A DNA stretch of 64,000 bases from NCBI GenBank assembly GCA_963701095.1, contig OY969564.1, positions 736,001 through 800,000 on the forward strand. Reading direction: 5' to 3'. Position numbers and translations under genes: made by a program. Each line of letters starts with the position of its first letter. Position 1 is the stretch's first letter. This stretch comes from an uncultured Methanoregulaceae archaeon (GTDB lineage: Archaea > Halobacteriota > Methanomicrobia > Methanomicrobiales > Methanospirillaceae). A model generated the notes under the pieces. That model ran no database searches and was not told the DNA's origin. It saw only the letters and a program-made list of their open reading frames with translations. Shown piece after piece: positions 1-11,347 of the stretch.

Positions 1-12
1 CGGAAATTGGGA

Positions 13-1395
13 TTATGGAACACTATCATGTTTCGTTCTCAAGTATCGTGAAAATGCCTTTTTTACAATCTCGGAAAATGTCGGGTAGGGATATATTGTC
101 CCGGCAATCTGTTTCACAGAGATATGGTCCTGCATCGCCATGGTCAGGTTTTGGATGTATTCTCCTGAACCGGTCCCGATTGCATGTGCACCGACAATGC
201 GATCATCACCGGTAAGAATAATTTTAAGAAAAACCTTGGTCGAATTTTCCGTCCTTAACCGACCAAACACAGTGTCAAGGTGAAGGACATGGACGTCCCC
301 GAATTTCTGCCGTGCTTCATCTTCCGTGAAACCAACATGGGCAAGCTCCGGCTCGGTAAAAATGACCCAGGGCATAATTCCATCGGAAATGGTCTTCTTC
401 TCGCTGTTTACGATGTTATTAACTGCAATGCCGGCATAAAACGATGCAGCCTGCGTGAAAAGATATTTTCCGATGACATCGCCGCATGCGTAAATATTGT
501 CTGCAGTCGTCATCAGTTCATCATTGACGACGATTCCTCCTTTTCCGTATGCAACCCCTGCATGTTCAAGAAGAAGGTCTTCGATATTGGGCTTCCTCCC
601 GGTGGCTATTACGACAGATTCCAAAACAAGTTCATGTTCCGATCCGTTTCTTGTGTAGCGGGCAATAATTCGTGAATTTTCCCGTTTAAATTTCAGGACG
701 GTGCTGTTATCAAGGAAGTGTACACCATCAGCCTGGAGAATTTTTTTCATTTCTTCGGCGATCGCGTGATCTTCATTCCGGAGTATTCTGTCTGACCGCA
801 TCATTATGTAGACTTCAGAGCCTAATCTCCGGAGCGCCTGTCCAAGTTCGATTCCGATCGGACCGGCGCCCAGAATGAGCGTGCTCACCGGGAGGGTTTT
901 CTGGTCCCAGAAATTTTTATTGGTGAGGTACGGGATGTCTTCTAATCCATCTATGGGGGGAACCACGGCAGAAGAGCCCGTGCAGATGATAAAATATTTA
1001 GAAAACAGTTCATTCCCATTCACGGAAAGGATATTTTTTGATACAAAGTGATTTTTCCCGAAATAGACATCAATGCCCAGTTTCTGGTAGGCTTCTGCGT
1101 TCTCGTACTGAGTAATGGAGCTGATAACACTCCGTACATGGCCCATCACTTTTCCCAGGTCAGGTGTACCGGCGTGGCACACCGGGAGCCCGTACTGTGC
1201 GGCATTCTTCATGGTATAATAGATGTTTGCAGAATGGAGGAAGGTCTTACTCGGGATACATCCTGAATGGAGACATTCTCCACCAATCAGGGCTCGTTCG
1301 ATTAAAGCAGTCCTGGCACCCGACCGGTTTGCGGCTGAGGCTGCAACAAGACCGGCTGAACCTGCGCCGATGACACAGATGTCATATTCTTTCAT
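13..1395 (-). CDS. Pyridine nucleotide-disulfide oxidoreductase (Lpd/MerA-like)
   Basis: GAGSAG FAD motif, GGECLHSGC redox disulfide, GAGPIG NAD motif, C-terminal YPYPT; no MerA C-terminal CC. Confidence 0.85.
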   Translation of the reverse strand: MKEYDICVIGAGSAGLVAASAANRSGARTALIERALIGGECLHSGCIPSKTFLHSANIYYTMKNAAQYGLPVCHAGTPDLGKVMGHVRSVISSITQYENAEAYQKLGIDVYFGKNHFVSKNILSVNGNELFSKYFIICTGSSAVVPPIDGLEDIPYLTNKNFWDQKTLPVSTLILGAGPIGIELGQALRRLGSEVYIMMRSDRILRNEDHAIAEEMKKILQADGVHFLDNSTVLKFKRENSRIIARYTRNGSEHELVLESVVIATGRKPNIEDLLLEHAGVAYGKGGIVVNDELMTTADNIYACGDVIGKYLFTQAASFYAGIAVNNIVNSEKKTISDGIMPWVIFTEPELAHVGFTEDEARQKFGDVHVLHLDTVFGRLRTENSTKVFLKIILTGDDRIVGAHAIGTGSGEYIQNLTMAMQDHISVKQIAGTIYPYPTFSEIVKKAFSRYLRTKHDSVP

Positions 1396-1665
1396 ACATC
1401 CATACCCGCTGGTATTTTTTCATAGAGGGATTAAGATTAAAATACCTTTAGTACGCACCATGAAAATATTCGCATTCGTTTTTTCCGAGCACAAAGAGTT
1501 AAAATTGCCACTCCAGGACATATTATCTGAAATAAACTTCTACGTCGGTGAGCCTGTGTTGGCGTAATTTTATTTTTTTCTGTGAATGATCGTCGATATT
1601 TTTTCTCAGAAAGGGATGCTCCTTATTTTAATTTTTTAAAGGAAAAAATAGGGGAAAAAGAGAGA

Positions 1666-2457
1666 TCACTTCTGGTTTTGTTTCAGCTCCTCAACGCGAA
1701 TTGACGGATTGCGGTACCGGGCACGTTTTTCTGTTTCTTTACCGGCTTGGATCGCCTTTACCGGGCAGATATGGATACAGCCGCAGCAGAGCTCGCACTG
1801 GTGTTTCCAGACCGGCTTTCCTTCCAGGATCACGATGTTATCGGCGGGACAGATTGCCGCACAGGTCCCGCAGGATGTACAGCGATCACTGACAGTGAAA
1901 TGGCGGTCGGCATCGTGGATATGGGATATATGTTTGATATAGAAATGGTTGTACAGCAACCGCAAAAAAAATGAACGGGGAATCTTCTCCTGTTCACTGC
2001 GGGATATTTTTCCGGTAATATCTGAAATTTTTTTATCGGCGGTGATGAAAATGCCTTTTTGTTTTTCTTCCGATGGAGGACTGTACATCAGGACATAGTT
2101 GCCTGGCATCTTTACCCCGAATCCTGCATCCAGTCCGCGATGGGAGTGTTCTTTGAGAATATCATCGAGCTGCTGTAGTGATGTAGATACGCCAAAACCT
2201 CCCAGCGTAACAACCGCAAAAACATATTGCGACTGTGACAGGTTGATACGCCTGGCAAACGATCCCACCATGGCAGGAAGACCAAGGAAATAGACCGGGC
2301 AGATTATACCCACACGTCCTTTGCCAGGATTTATTTCCTCCATATCCTTTACCGATGCAATAGATACAATTCTGCAATCGCCAGCCGCTGCGGCGATCTT
2401 TTTCGCAACAGCGAGGGAATTACCGGTGCCGGTGAAATAATAGATAACCGTCTCCAT
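1666..2457 (-). CDS. EFR1-family ferrodoxin (flavodoxin-like + 2x4Fe-4S)
   Basis: YYFTGTGNS start, CTSCGTCAAICP and CELCCGCIHICP. Confidence 0.85.
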   Translation of the reverse strand: METVIYYFTGTGNSLAVAKKIAAAAGDCRIVSIASVKDMEEINPGKGRVGIICPVYFLGLPAMVGSFARRINLSQSQYVFAVVTLGGFGVSTSLQQLDDILKEHSHRGLDAGFGVKMPGNYVLMYSPPSEEKQKGIFITADKKISDITGKISRSEQEKIPRSFFLRLLYNHFYIKHISHIHDADRHFTVSDRCTSCGTCAAICPADNIVILEGKPVWKHQCELCCGCIHICPVKAIQAGKETEKRARYRNPSIRVEELKQNQK

Positions 2458-2531
2458 GAGATATGCTCCCATTTTTCATTTTGGAGAATTATCATTGTAA
2501 CCCTACAAAGTCGTTGTGGAACAACCGTCCT

Positions 2532-4530
2532 TCAGGTAACACCGGTAATATCTATAAGAAAAGCAACAGAGCGTTTTGTCCCCGGGATGATATCAATCGT
2601 CAGGGCAATATTCCGGATGTCACCGGATCGGGTTCTGAGCCGGAAAGTATAGTGTTTCATGGGTTTTACGTTGGTAAGCCGGCGCAACCGGTGCTGGGCG
2701 AGCATCCAGTCGAGGTCTTCCGGGACTACCATCTCCGTCCATTTCATCTTTCCTTCAATTTCAGCCCTGGAATAGCCGCAGAGTCGTTCGAACTCGGCGT
2801 TCGCAAGAAAGATAGATGTATCGTCCTCGATAAGTACTGTTGGGCTTCCGGTATATTCAAAAATAGTCCGGTATGTTTCCTCCGACACCCGGAGAGCCGC
2901 CTCAGTCTTTTTCAATTCTTCGTACTGCTGCCTGAGTTCTTCCTCTGCAATCGTGATCCGATCTACCGCTGACCTGAGGGCAGTCTCGGACCGTTTCCTG
3001 GGAGTGATATCGCGGAACGTTCCTTCGACACCCTGGAAGGTTCCTTGTGCATCATAGAATTTATGGCTGCTTGTCGAAACCTCCACGAGGCTGCCATCCT
3101 TCTTTTTTAAGGTAACCTCCCGATCGACAATCATGCCGTTCTGGTTTATTTCTGCAAGGAGCTTTTCACGTTCACGAGGATCTTGATAAATGGTACGTGC
3201 AATATCCTTGCCGTAAAGCTCATCAAGTGAATCGTACCCGAAAACCCTGAGGGCGGAAGGGCTTGCCAGGATAAGTTTTCCGGTGGCATCTGCGCGGTAA
3301 TAAACGTCCTGAATATTTTCCAGGATGTCACGATATTTCTTCTCGCTTTCCCGCATGGCCTCGAGGACCTCCTTAGTATCGGTTATATCCTGTATCGATC
3401 CGTGACTCTGGTAAAAAGAGTCACCGTTGGACCTGGTTGCACTGATCCGGACGATGATATATCGTATTTCACTGTCTCTTCTCACCAGCCGGTGTTCCCG
3501 GTACAGAGCCGTAAAGGGTTTTGATCCTTTTGCAATTTCTTCCTCGATACTGGAAAACACGGTCTGGTCATCCGGATGAATAAAAGTGCAGACATATACA
3601 TCGGCCGGCATCAGGTAACCCCCTTCCCGTTCCGCGGTTGTCCCAAGAAGTCTGGTAGAGCCGGTCGTTGAAGGTGAAAAGTCCTGTTTTTTGGTCATAC
3701 TCCCAGTATGCCATACGGGCAAGATCCATTGCTTCATGGAGCAGGAACTGGCTTTTCCTGAGTTCTTCCTCCCGGTGTATACGATCGGTGATGTCCCTTC
3801 CGACTGACTGAAACTCACGGACACGACCGGATGCACCAAAGATTGCCCGATCGCTCCACTGCTGCCACCTGATTTCGCCGCCCGGCGTCGTAATTGCATG
3901 CTCCAGGACCGCTTCAGGATGTTCCGGTGTGAGGCTTGCAAGGTGCTTTCGTATCACACATTCATCTTCATGCGTTGTTACCGGGTGGAACCGGGTCCCG
4001 AGAATTTCCTTTGATGTCTTTTGGAAATAGCGGCAATATGCTTCGTTAACAAAAATATGCGTTCCGTCAGGAAGAAAACGAGTGATCAGTTCAGTCTGGC
4101 TTTCAACGACGGCCTTGTACCGGTCCTCGCTCTCCCGCAACGCCCTTACTGCTTTCCGGCGTTCGATTGCGTTTGTTATCCGGTGGTTGAGGTCGGCAAA
4201 CTGCGCAGTCGGGTCCCCCCCTTTCTGGACATAGGAATCAACGTCATTATTGATGGCTTCGATAACGATTTCTTCCCTGCCCCGGCCTGTAAAGAGAATG
4301 AAGGGGAGTTCCGGGTATGTTGCACGGACGCATTTAAGGAGGGCGATACCATCCATCTCTGGCATCTGGTAGTCTGAGATAATGCAATCGAACGATTTCT
4401 CCGATAATTTTTCGATCGCTTCCTTTGCTGTGAGCGTTGTTTCCACGCAAAGGGACCCGGGTTTTTCAAGAAACAACTTCCCAATTTCAAGGAGGGTTGG
4501 TTCGTCGTCGACGTAAAGCACTGTGAACAT
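2532..4530 (-). pseudogene. REC + multi-PAS signalling protein, split by a frameshift near 3650; no kinase domain
   Basis: ORF 3568-4530 has REC (VDDE, SDYQMP) and PAS; PAS domains continue in the frame of ORF 2532-3941. May be an assembly indel. Confidence 0.7.
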
Positions 4531-4633
4531 GCGGGTGGAGTAAATGAAGTAATTATTATTTGTTCTCAGGGTTTTTAATCAAACGGTTGTAACACAACTT
4601 TCCCACGTCGGGTACTGATGAAGTTTATAGTTT

Positions 4634-5359
4634 ATGTTAACCCGCAAATTTTATCTGCACCGAAATGGAGAACACCCGCGTATGGGTGAGATCCTTGACA
4701 ATCCACGGTTACGGGAAAAGCAGTTTGTCTTTGCTGACCGGCATGATGCAGGGAGACAACTCGGGGCATTGCTCAAAACCGTACCGGGTCTTCTTGACCC
4801 GGTCGTCCTTGCCATTCCCGCTGGGGGCGTTCCGGTCGGCCTGGAGGTCGCACGAGCGTTTTCAGCCAAACTGTCGCTTGCCATAGTAAGGAAGATCCGC
4901 ATTCCCGGCAACACCGAGTCCGGGTTTGGGGCAGTCACCTGGGACGGACAGGTAGTGATCAACGAAGAACTCCTTGCTGCTCTTCGTCTTTCGGCACGGG
5001 AAGTCGAACATGCCGTTGCCGAAACCAGGCAAAATGTCCAGGAACGTATTGGCCGGTTTATGGCAGATAAGCATGTTCCATTTCTCAGAGGAAAGACCGT
5101 GATCCTGACCGACGACGGACTTGCATCAGGCTACACGATGCTTGCCGCGATCCAAAGCATCCGTCAAAAGAACCCGTCCCGGATCATTGGAGCAGTACCG
5201 ACTGCCTCACTGTCAGCCGCACAACGGGTTGCCACTCATGCAGATCTGGTTGTATCCCCCAATATCCGGAGCAGCCGTATGTTTGCCGTCGCCGATGCCT
5301 ACGAAGACTGGTACGATCTTAATGACGATCAAGTTCTCAGGGAGCTTGGCGGGATATGA
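4634..5359 (+). CDS. Phosphoribosyltransferase family protein
   Basis: FADRHDAGRQL, VILTDDGLASGYT PRPP motif; likely start 4682. Confidence 0.85.
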   Translation: MLTRKFYLHRNGEHPRMGEILDNPRLREKQFVFADRHDAGRQLGALLKTVPGLLDPVVLAIPAGGVPVGLEVARAFSAKLSLAIVRKIRIPGNTESGFGAVTWDGQVVINEELLAALRLSAREVEHAVAETRQNVQERIGRFMADKHVPFLRGKTVILTDDGLASGYTMLAAIQSIRQKNPSRIIGAVPTASLSAAQRVATHADLVVSPNIRSSRMFAVADAYEDWYDLNDDQVLRELGGI

Positions 5360-5398
5360 CAAAAAATCCTATTTGTTCTCTTCAGATGAGGTTCCGGC

Positions 5399-5920
5399 AT
5401 GGACATCCGCTATGAACACATACCGGAAGAATTGATAAGACTTCACCGCTGGGTCGTATGGAAGTACCAGGGGCGGGGCGCCAAACTGACGAAACCGCCG
5501 TATGGCCCGATACCCAAAAAAACACGGTATGCACTGGTCAACATCCCTTCGACATGGGGGAGTTTCGATGATGCAAAAGCCTCTTTACAGGCCGGCGGGT
5601 TTGACGGTATTGGCTTTGTCCTCGGGGACGGGATTTTCGGGATTGATTTCGATCACGCCACGGACGAGATGGTAAAAGAAGCTCTGTCCCTTGGTTCCTA
5701 CACGGAATGGAGCCCGTCCGGTCTGGGGGTTCATGTGATCGGGCGGTCCGGGCTCAATCTGAAAGGCCGGAAAAAGGGCTCGATCGAATTCTATATGCAG
5801 GGACGGTATTTTACGGTCACCGGGATGATCGTTGACAGATCTCAACCGGACGTGCGGGATGTTCCTGATAATCGTATGTTAGACTTCTTCCGGCGGCATT
5901 TTGCAGATGATACGATGTGA
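5399..5920 (+). CDS. Stand-alone primase-polymerase (NrS-1-like/AEP) N-terminal domain
   Basis: RWVVWK, TWGSFDDA, GIGFVL..GIDFD, YTEWSPSGLGVH, IEFY..GRYFTVTG. Confidence 0.75.
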   Translation: MDIRYEHIPEELIRLHRWVVWKYQGRGAKLTKPPYGPIPKKTRYALVNIPSTWGSFDDAKASLQAGGFDGIGFVLGDGIFGIDFDHATDEMVKEALSLGSYTEWSPSGLGVHVIGRSGLNLKGRKKGSIEFYMQGRYFTVTGMIVDRSQPDVRDVPDNRMLDFFRRHFADDTM

Positions 5921-6001
5921 TCTCCCCATCCCGGGAGTTTAGCTGAGTTCAAGAGATATTTTTTTACGCCGTTGAGGTAATTCCGTCTTTATCAAAAATC
6001 A

Positions 6002-6916
6002 TTAAACCAGGGACATCAGAATCGGGATCGTTGCAAGGCACAGCATCGTGGAGAGAAAGACCCCCTGCGAGGCAAGTGTAGAGTCCACTTTGTATTCCTC
6101 AGAGAGCAGGACCGAGTTTGATGCGACCGGCATCGCAATCAGGAGCACAGCCACACCAAGAAGGAGTTTATCGGCAACAAAGGGTGATAGCGCGATATAG
6201 GCAATAACCGGGAAGATAACAAGCCGGAACGTAGTTATCAGTTTTACCCGCCAGTCACCGGCGAGCTGTGAAACCGGAAGTGTTGCAAGCAGTGCACCGA
6301 CGACAAGCATAGCAAGCGGCGTCGTAGTCGAGCCGACCAGATCGAGACCCGCATTTACCTGAGCAGGGAGCATGAATCCTGCAAGAAAGAGGGAGAGGCC
6401 GAGGACCGATGCCACAAGTCCCGGAGAAAGCATGACTGTTAAATCAAACTTTCCGGGTCGGCCCTGGGCGAGCAGCCAGACTCCCATAGTAAAGACCAGG
6501 AGGTTGAAAGGTAGGTTAAACAGGATCACGTAGAAAAGCGAACCGGTACCAAGGACTGCTGAAGCAACCGGGAGTCCCATGAACATAGTATTGGGAAACA
6601 CCAGCATGAACTGGTATACCCCTTTCTCGGTCGGCGTTGACGGGAGGAAGTGGCAGATGAGGATACTGACCAGAAATGCAACGATGTAGTATCCACCGGC
6701 GACAAGAAGCATATTGTTTACGATACTCATCGTCGCAACAGTTCGGGATACCTGCATGCTACTTATAGTTATTGCCGGTATTGCGATATTGACAAGGATA
6801 CGTGAAATCAGGTGGACGCGGTCGTGGTTGAGAATACCAACTTTCTGTGCGATATACCCTATCCCGATGATCACAAAGAGGGATATGATTGCGAGAAAAA
6901 CAGTAAGGATCTCCAT
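6002..6916 (-). CDS. AEC (auxin efflux carrier) family transporter
   Basis: Multi-TM protein with FPNTMFMGLP and AMPVA motifs. Confidence 0.85.
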   Translation of the reverse strand: MEILTVFLAIISLFVIIGIGYIAQKVGILNHDRVHLISRILVNIAIPAITISSMQVSRTVATMSIVNNMLLVAGGYYIVAFLVSILICHFLPSTPTEKGVYQFMLVFPNTMFMGLPVASAVLGTGSLFYVILFNLPFNLLVFTMGVWLLAQGRPGKFDLTVMLSPGLVASVLGLSLFLAGFMLPAQVNAGLDLVGSTTTPLAMLVVGALLATLPVSQLAGDWRVKLITTFRLVIFPVIAYIALSPFVADKLLLGVAVLLIAMPVASNSVLLSEEYKVDSTLASQGVFLSTMLCLATIPILMSLV

Positions 6917-7167
6917 AAAAGATGTTCCACATGCGGGGTGAAGCGATTGGATATCATCAATCGCTCCTCTATTTTTGTTTTGTTATCGCGTGTGGCCTCC
7001 TTTGTCGTTAAGGATCAGATCTAAAAAATCCTGAAATGGTGGTACAGGTATTGTTAAACGAAGAGATATAGTTTAAGAACACCTTCCCCGTTGAGATATA
7101 AGGTTCAGACGAAAAAAACCGGAAGTATGCCAATCTTTTTATTCACACCATTGGATCTACAAAAATA

Positions 7168-8344
7168 ATGAACCGGGCAGCATCTCTCTCAATGGCACAG
7201 GACCTCATGAAGGACTTTGCAGCACAGACCGGGCTGAACCCGGCCGGTTCCCGTCTAAAACGCTATCTCTGGACAGACGCATTTGCCGTCTGTAACTATC
7301 TGGGTTTCTTTGAAACAACGGGTAATACTGCTTATCGTGACCTGGCACTGCGTCTCGTTGATCAGGTGCACCATACGCTGGGCAGGTTTCGGGACGACGA
7401 TCCACGGACAGGCTGGATAAGCGGGCTTTCCCCGGCAGAAGGATCCCTGCACCCAACTGCAGGAGGTCTCAGGATTGGAAAGATCCTACCCGAACGAATG
7501 CCCGGCGAACCCATTGACGAACAACAGGAATGGGACCGGGACGGACAGTATTTCCATTACCTGACAAAATGGATGCATGCCCTCAAGTGCACAAGCAGGG
7601 TAACGGGGAACAAGGATTATCTTTTGTGGGCTGTTGAGCTGGCATACACTGCGAACGCCCGGTTTACCTTCTTTCCTCCGGGGAGCCGAAAGAAAAGAAT
7701 GTACTGGAAAATGAGCGTAGACCTTACCCGCCCCCTTGTTTTTTCGATGGGGCAGCACGATCCTCTTGACGGATTTGTTAGCTACAACGAGCTGCAGGTC
7801 AGCTGCGTACAAATACCCCGGAGATATTCCCACAAAAGTCCTTGCCGCTGAGATCGCCGACATAATCGGGATATGCAAGGGTATGAGCATGGCAACCGAT
7901 GATCCGCTCGGTATTGGGGGTTTACTGTGTGATGCTTTACAGGTAGCCTCTGTTGCTGGCCATGGAGGACCGGTATATTCCAGTCTTCTGGAAACCGTCT
8001 TTGATGCAGCACTCAATGGTCTTGAGAAGGTTGCGGGATCCGGCCTTCTGAACGCTCCTGCCCGGTACCGGCTTGCGTTCCGGGAACTCGGCCTTTCAAT
8101 AGGTCTTGCGGCATTCGAAAGACTATCCTTAAAAATCCGTGAAAATCCGGCATTAACCAAAAAGAAAGATTCCCTTGAACCTGCGATACAGGCAATCCTT
8201 GGCTATCTCCCGGTCCGTGAACAGATCGAAGGGTTCTGGCTCGAGGACGCAAACCGGAAGACCGAAACCTGGAAGGATCACCAGGAGATCAACGGAGTGA
8301 TGCTTGCTACAAGCCTTGCACCGGACGGGTTTTTAACCGGTTAA
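7168..8344 (+). pseudogene. Conserved hypothetical protein split by a frameshift near 7800
   Basis: RYLWTDAFAVCN / DRDGQYFHYLTKWM in ORF 7168-7851; RYRLAFRELGLSIG / INGVMLATSL in ORF 7736-8344. Confidence 0.7.
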
Positions 8345-8379
8345 TACTTCTGTAACCTAATCCGGTTTTACCATCACAT

Positions 8380-9750
8380 TCATCTGTTTTTCCTTTCTTC
8401 GGGAAAACGAAACGCCCCTTTTGGTACGACCATCTCAAAGCGGGCACCCGCCCCGAAAGTCCCGGTTTCCCGGATGACAATACCGGTGATCTCCAGGATC
8501 TCTTTTGCAAGGAAAAGACCATTTGTTTTGACTTTCTGGAATTCGGGAGAAAATATCTGGCTTTTTATATCATCAGGAATGCCTACACCGTCGTCTTCAA
8601 AGGAGATTGTTACAGATTCCGGTCCCATGATATATTCTAACCTCATCCGGGTGGCCTTTTTCCCGTGGATAATGGTGTTATCGGCAAGAACCATCAGGAC
8701 CTGCTCAAGGAGTGGATCGGCAAAGATCTCAAGGTTTTCCAGAGCGGCCTCATGTGTTAGGGTGAGGGAATCCAGGTGGGAGATGGCCATGAGAAACACC
8801 CGGTTGACGTCCTGCCATACCGGGGGCCTGAGGCCAAGATTCTGATAGGTCTGAGCAAATTTCAGAGACTGCGAAATCTTGTTTAAAAGTTCTTCTTCTT
8901 TTGTGAAAACCGACCGGACAGCATTGTCGGTAACCCGGTCTTTTACGAACTGCTGGAATCCCCAGAGGGTAAATACCTCGTTCTGGATCTCGTTGAAGGT
9001 AATATGATTCAGGAGATGCAGTTTTTTCTTTGCCTGATCAAGAGCCTTTTGCTCCTGCATATTCGTGCTGATATCACGTACTACAAGGACGGCGCTTTCG
9101 ATGTTTCCGGAATTATCAAAGACCGGGTCTAAGGTGATATAAAGCCACCCGGTTCCATTCCGCATCGGGACCTCCACGGTTTCCCGGTGTTTACTTTTCA
9201 GCATCGCTTGAAGCGGAGAGGCTCCTGCAGGACATTCAGCACCATGAATTAATTCAACATAGGTACTGCACCTCGCCTGCTTGGCAGTGATCCCTAAAAG
9301 ATTTTCTACCCGCCGGTTTGTTCTGAGGATCCGGCCGTCCGGCGAGATCAGGCATATCCAGTCTGTTATTGCGTTATAGGTCGTTTCCCATTCAGATTTG
9401 CTCCGTGAGAGGGCTTCGTTCTGTTTCCACAGTTCATGTTGCCGGGCCAGAAGCTCTTCATTGGTTTTACGAATCATTTCATTTTTATCCTCCAACCGGC
9501 GGGAAAAATTCCGGATGAGGAGGAAAAGCAGAAAAGCAGTGACCAGAACAAAAACGGTCCCTTTTATGGACTGGTACGTGGCGTATTGCGTTACATTGGG
9601 GACAACCTGGAGGAGGATCCAGTCCGAACAGAAAATCCAGATGAGGCCAAAAACGAGATAAATAAAACATATCTTCACCGGATCAAGGGTAACGATCTGA
9701 CCAAGGCGCCGGGAAATGCTCTTTTGTGCGGGTGAAGTATCTGGTTCCAT
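8380..9750 (-). CDS. Membrane PAS sensor histidine kinase-like protein (degenerate H-box)
   Basis: 2 TM, PAS, HATPase (FEDDGVG, GARFE); H-box reads ITFNEIQN. Confidence 0.8.
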   Translation of the reverse strand: MEPDTSPAQKSISRRLGQIVTLDPVKICFIYLVFGLIWIFCSDWILLQVVPNVTQYATYQSIKGTVFVLVTAFLLFLLIRNFSRRLEDKNEMIRKTNEELLARQHELWKQNEALSRSKSEWETTYNAITDWICLISPDGRILRTNRRVENLLGITAKQARCSTYVELIHGAECPAGASPLQAMLKSKHRETVEVPMRNGTGWLYITLDPVFDNSGNIESAVLVVRDISTNMQEQKALDQAKKKLHLLNHITFNEIQNEVFTLWGFQQFVKDRVTDNAVRSVFTKEEELLNKISQSLKFAQTYQNLGLRPPVWQDVNRVFLMAISHLDSLTLTHEAALENLEIFADPLLEQVLMVLADNTIIHGKKATRMRLEYIMGPESVTISFEDDGVGIPDDIKSQIFSPEFQKVKTNGLFLAKEILEITGIVIRETGTFGAGARFEMVVPKGAFRFPEERKNR

Positions 9751-9899
9751 GTCCCAATACCCCTACTGGTACATCTGAACTGAATAATAGGTGAATAATA
9801 CCTGATGCCACTTATATAATACTATTGCTATTTTTTTCAGGGTTTTCTTTTTCTTTTTGAGACTTTTGCACATGTTAACGTATGTCTCACCCGACAACT

Positions 9900-10047
9900 A
9901 TGAAAAGAAAGTTCGGAGAATGTCTGAAAGCACGTAAATTCAAAGCACAGATCAAAGAACTCGCGATCAAATTAATCGTCTACAACATCTTGAAAATTAT
10001 TTGCGTGATTTTTATCCAGATTTGTTACTGATGAATTCTTCAGAGCC
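9900..10047 (+). mobile_element. IS5-family transposase 3' remnant with probable terminal inverted repeat
   Basis: 9900-10031 translates MKRKFGECLKARKFKAQIKELAIKLIVYN, a DDE transposase C-terminal pattern, followed by GAATTCTTCAGAGCC. Confidence 0.65.
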
Positions 10048-10103
10048 GTAGCACTCACATTTATATATTCACCTGCAAAATTCATCCTTACTCATCCGAT
10101 CAG

Positions 10104-10457
10104 GTGAAGAAGTTGCAGATCTGCCACACCATATCACAGGGAGTTATCATTGTAACCCCTACTGAATGGCTCGACACCGCCTCCTCCGAGGAGTTTTTGA
10201 AGTACTGCACAGCCTTACCTGCAGGCCCGGTTATCCTAGATCTTTCGAACCTGACCTATATAAGCAGCATCGGCCTCAGGGCATTGCGTCAGTTTGAGAA
10301 GGGACGGAGAGAACAGGGAACAATGGTTGTTATTGCAGGGAGCAGAGGATTTGTCAATTCAGTGATCCGTATGAGTGGATTTGACCAGCTCTTCCTGATG
10401 TACCCCACTGCGGCCGATGCAATTCAGGTCATTGGAAAACCCGACAGCCTTCATTAA
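10104..10457 (+). CDS. STAS domain protein
   Basis: LDTASS, ILDLSNLTYISSIGLR, SGFD. Confidence 0.85.
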   Translation: MKKLQICHTISQGVIIVTPTEWLDTASSEEFLKYCTALPAGPVILDLSNLTYISSIGLRALRQFEKGRREQGTMVVIAGSRGFVNSVIRMSGFDQLFLMYPTAADAIQVIGKPDSLH

Positions 10458-10652
10458 TGCCATAAAAATGATTAAACCCATCGTATTCGTTTCTTTCAAA
10501 TTATCCATTCCGTGTTATCAGCATCCCGATACCTATCGCCAAAATACTAAACTTTCGTTATTCAATGTAACAAAGTAAGTATACACCGTACTTTAGATCT
10601 TTTGGTCAATCGGATCAAATCTTTCCTTGAAAAAATGATTTCTGCAGGCCCG

Positions 10653-11144
10653 TTATATCATGGTATCCAGAATAACCTGAGTCTTTCCGTCAGAAAAATG
10701 TCCGGTTGCAACAACATGATTTGTATTATCCAGGCTTCTTATAGGGAGTGTCATACTTGTTCCCACAGGAACAGGGAGACCTGTGAATGGGCCCATCTGT
10801 CCGATTTTCTGATCATTGACGGTTACTGTAATAAATTGAACATTTGCCGCTCCTGGCCCACCGTTATACCAAACCACCGTTGCCGGCTTTGACACCCCTC
10901 CGGGACTGGATGCTGTAGACTCATTTATCGACATTCCAACCGAATAAAATGGATTAATTGTTTGGGTACTCTGAGTAGGATTATAGTTCTGGCTGTTGGA
11001 TGGCCCCGATGTCTGCGAAGCTGAGGCCACATTCCCGCCGGATTGAGACGGAGCATTACTACCGGAAGATTGAACGCATCCGACACAAACTATTCCCACA
11101 AAAAGAGCCAACAAGAGAAACACAACAAGGCAGGACTTCGTCAT
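10653..11144 (-). CDS. Secreted/lipoprotein with Ser/Gln linker and small beta domain
   Basis: Hydrophobic signal ending VGC, low-complexity linker, VVATGHFSDGKTQVILDT. Confidence 0.65.
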   Translation of the reverse strand: MTKSCLVVFLLLALFVGIVCVGCVQSSGSNAPSQSGGNVASASQTSGPSNSQNYNPTQSTQTINPFYSVGMSINESTASSPGGVSKPATVVWYNGGPGAANVQFITVTVNDQKIGQMGPFTGLPVPVGTSMTLPIRSLDNTNHVVATGHFSDGKTQVILDTMI

Positions 11145-11347
11145 AGTTAATAAAAGGGATTTGCCGGTATTTATAATTTAAAATTTGATATTCCCCTTTA
11201 GAAAAATCTCACCTCGCACCAGAATGGGTGCATTTGGTGCACTTCATGCCTGCTTACATTCCTTTATGGGTCTGATATGTGCGCGGTGCAAAGTCTCCAT
11301 GACCGTTGGGGCACAACCGGGGTTTGGATTTCATATAAAATAGTATA

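Noticed and set aside
13..1395. Mercuric reductase MerA
   Set aside because: Lacks the C-terminal Cys-Cys pair and mer operon context
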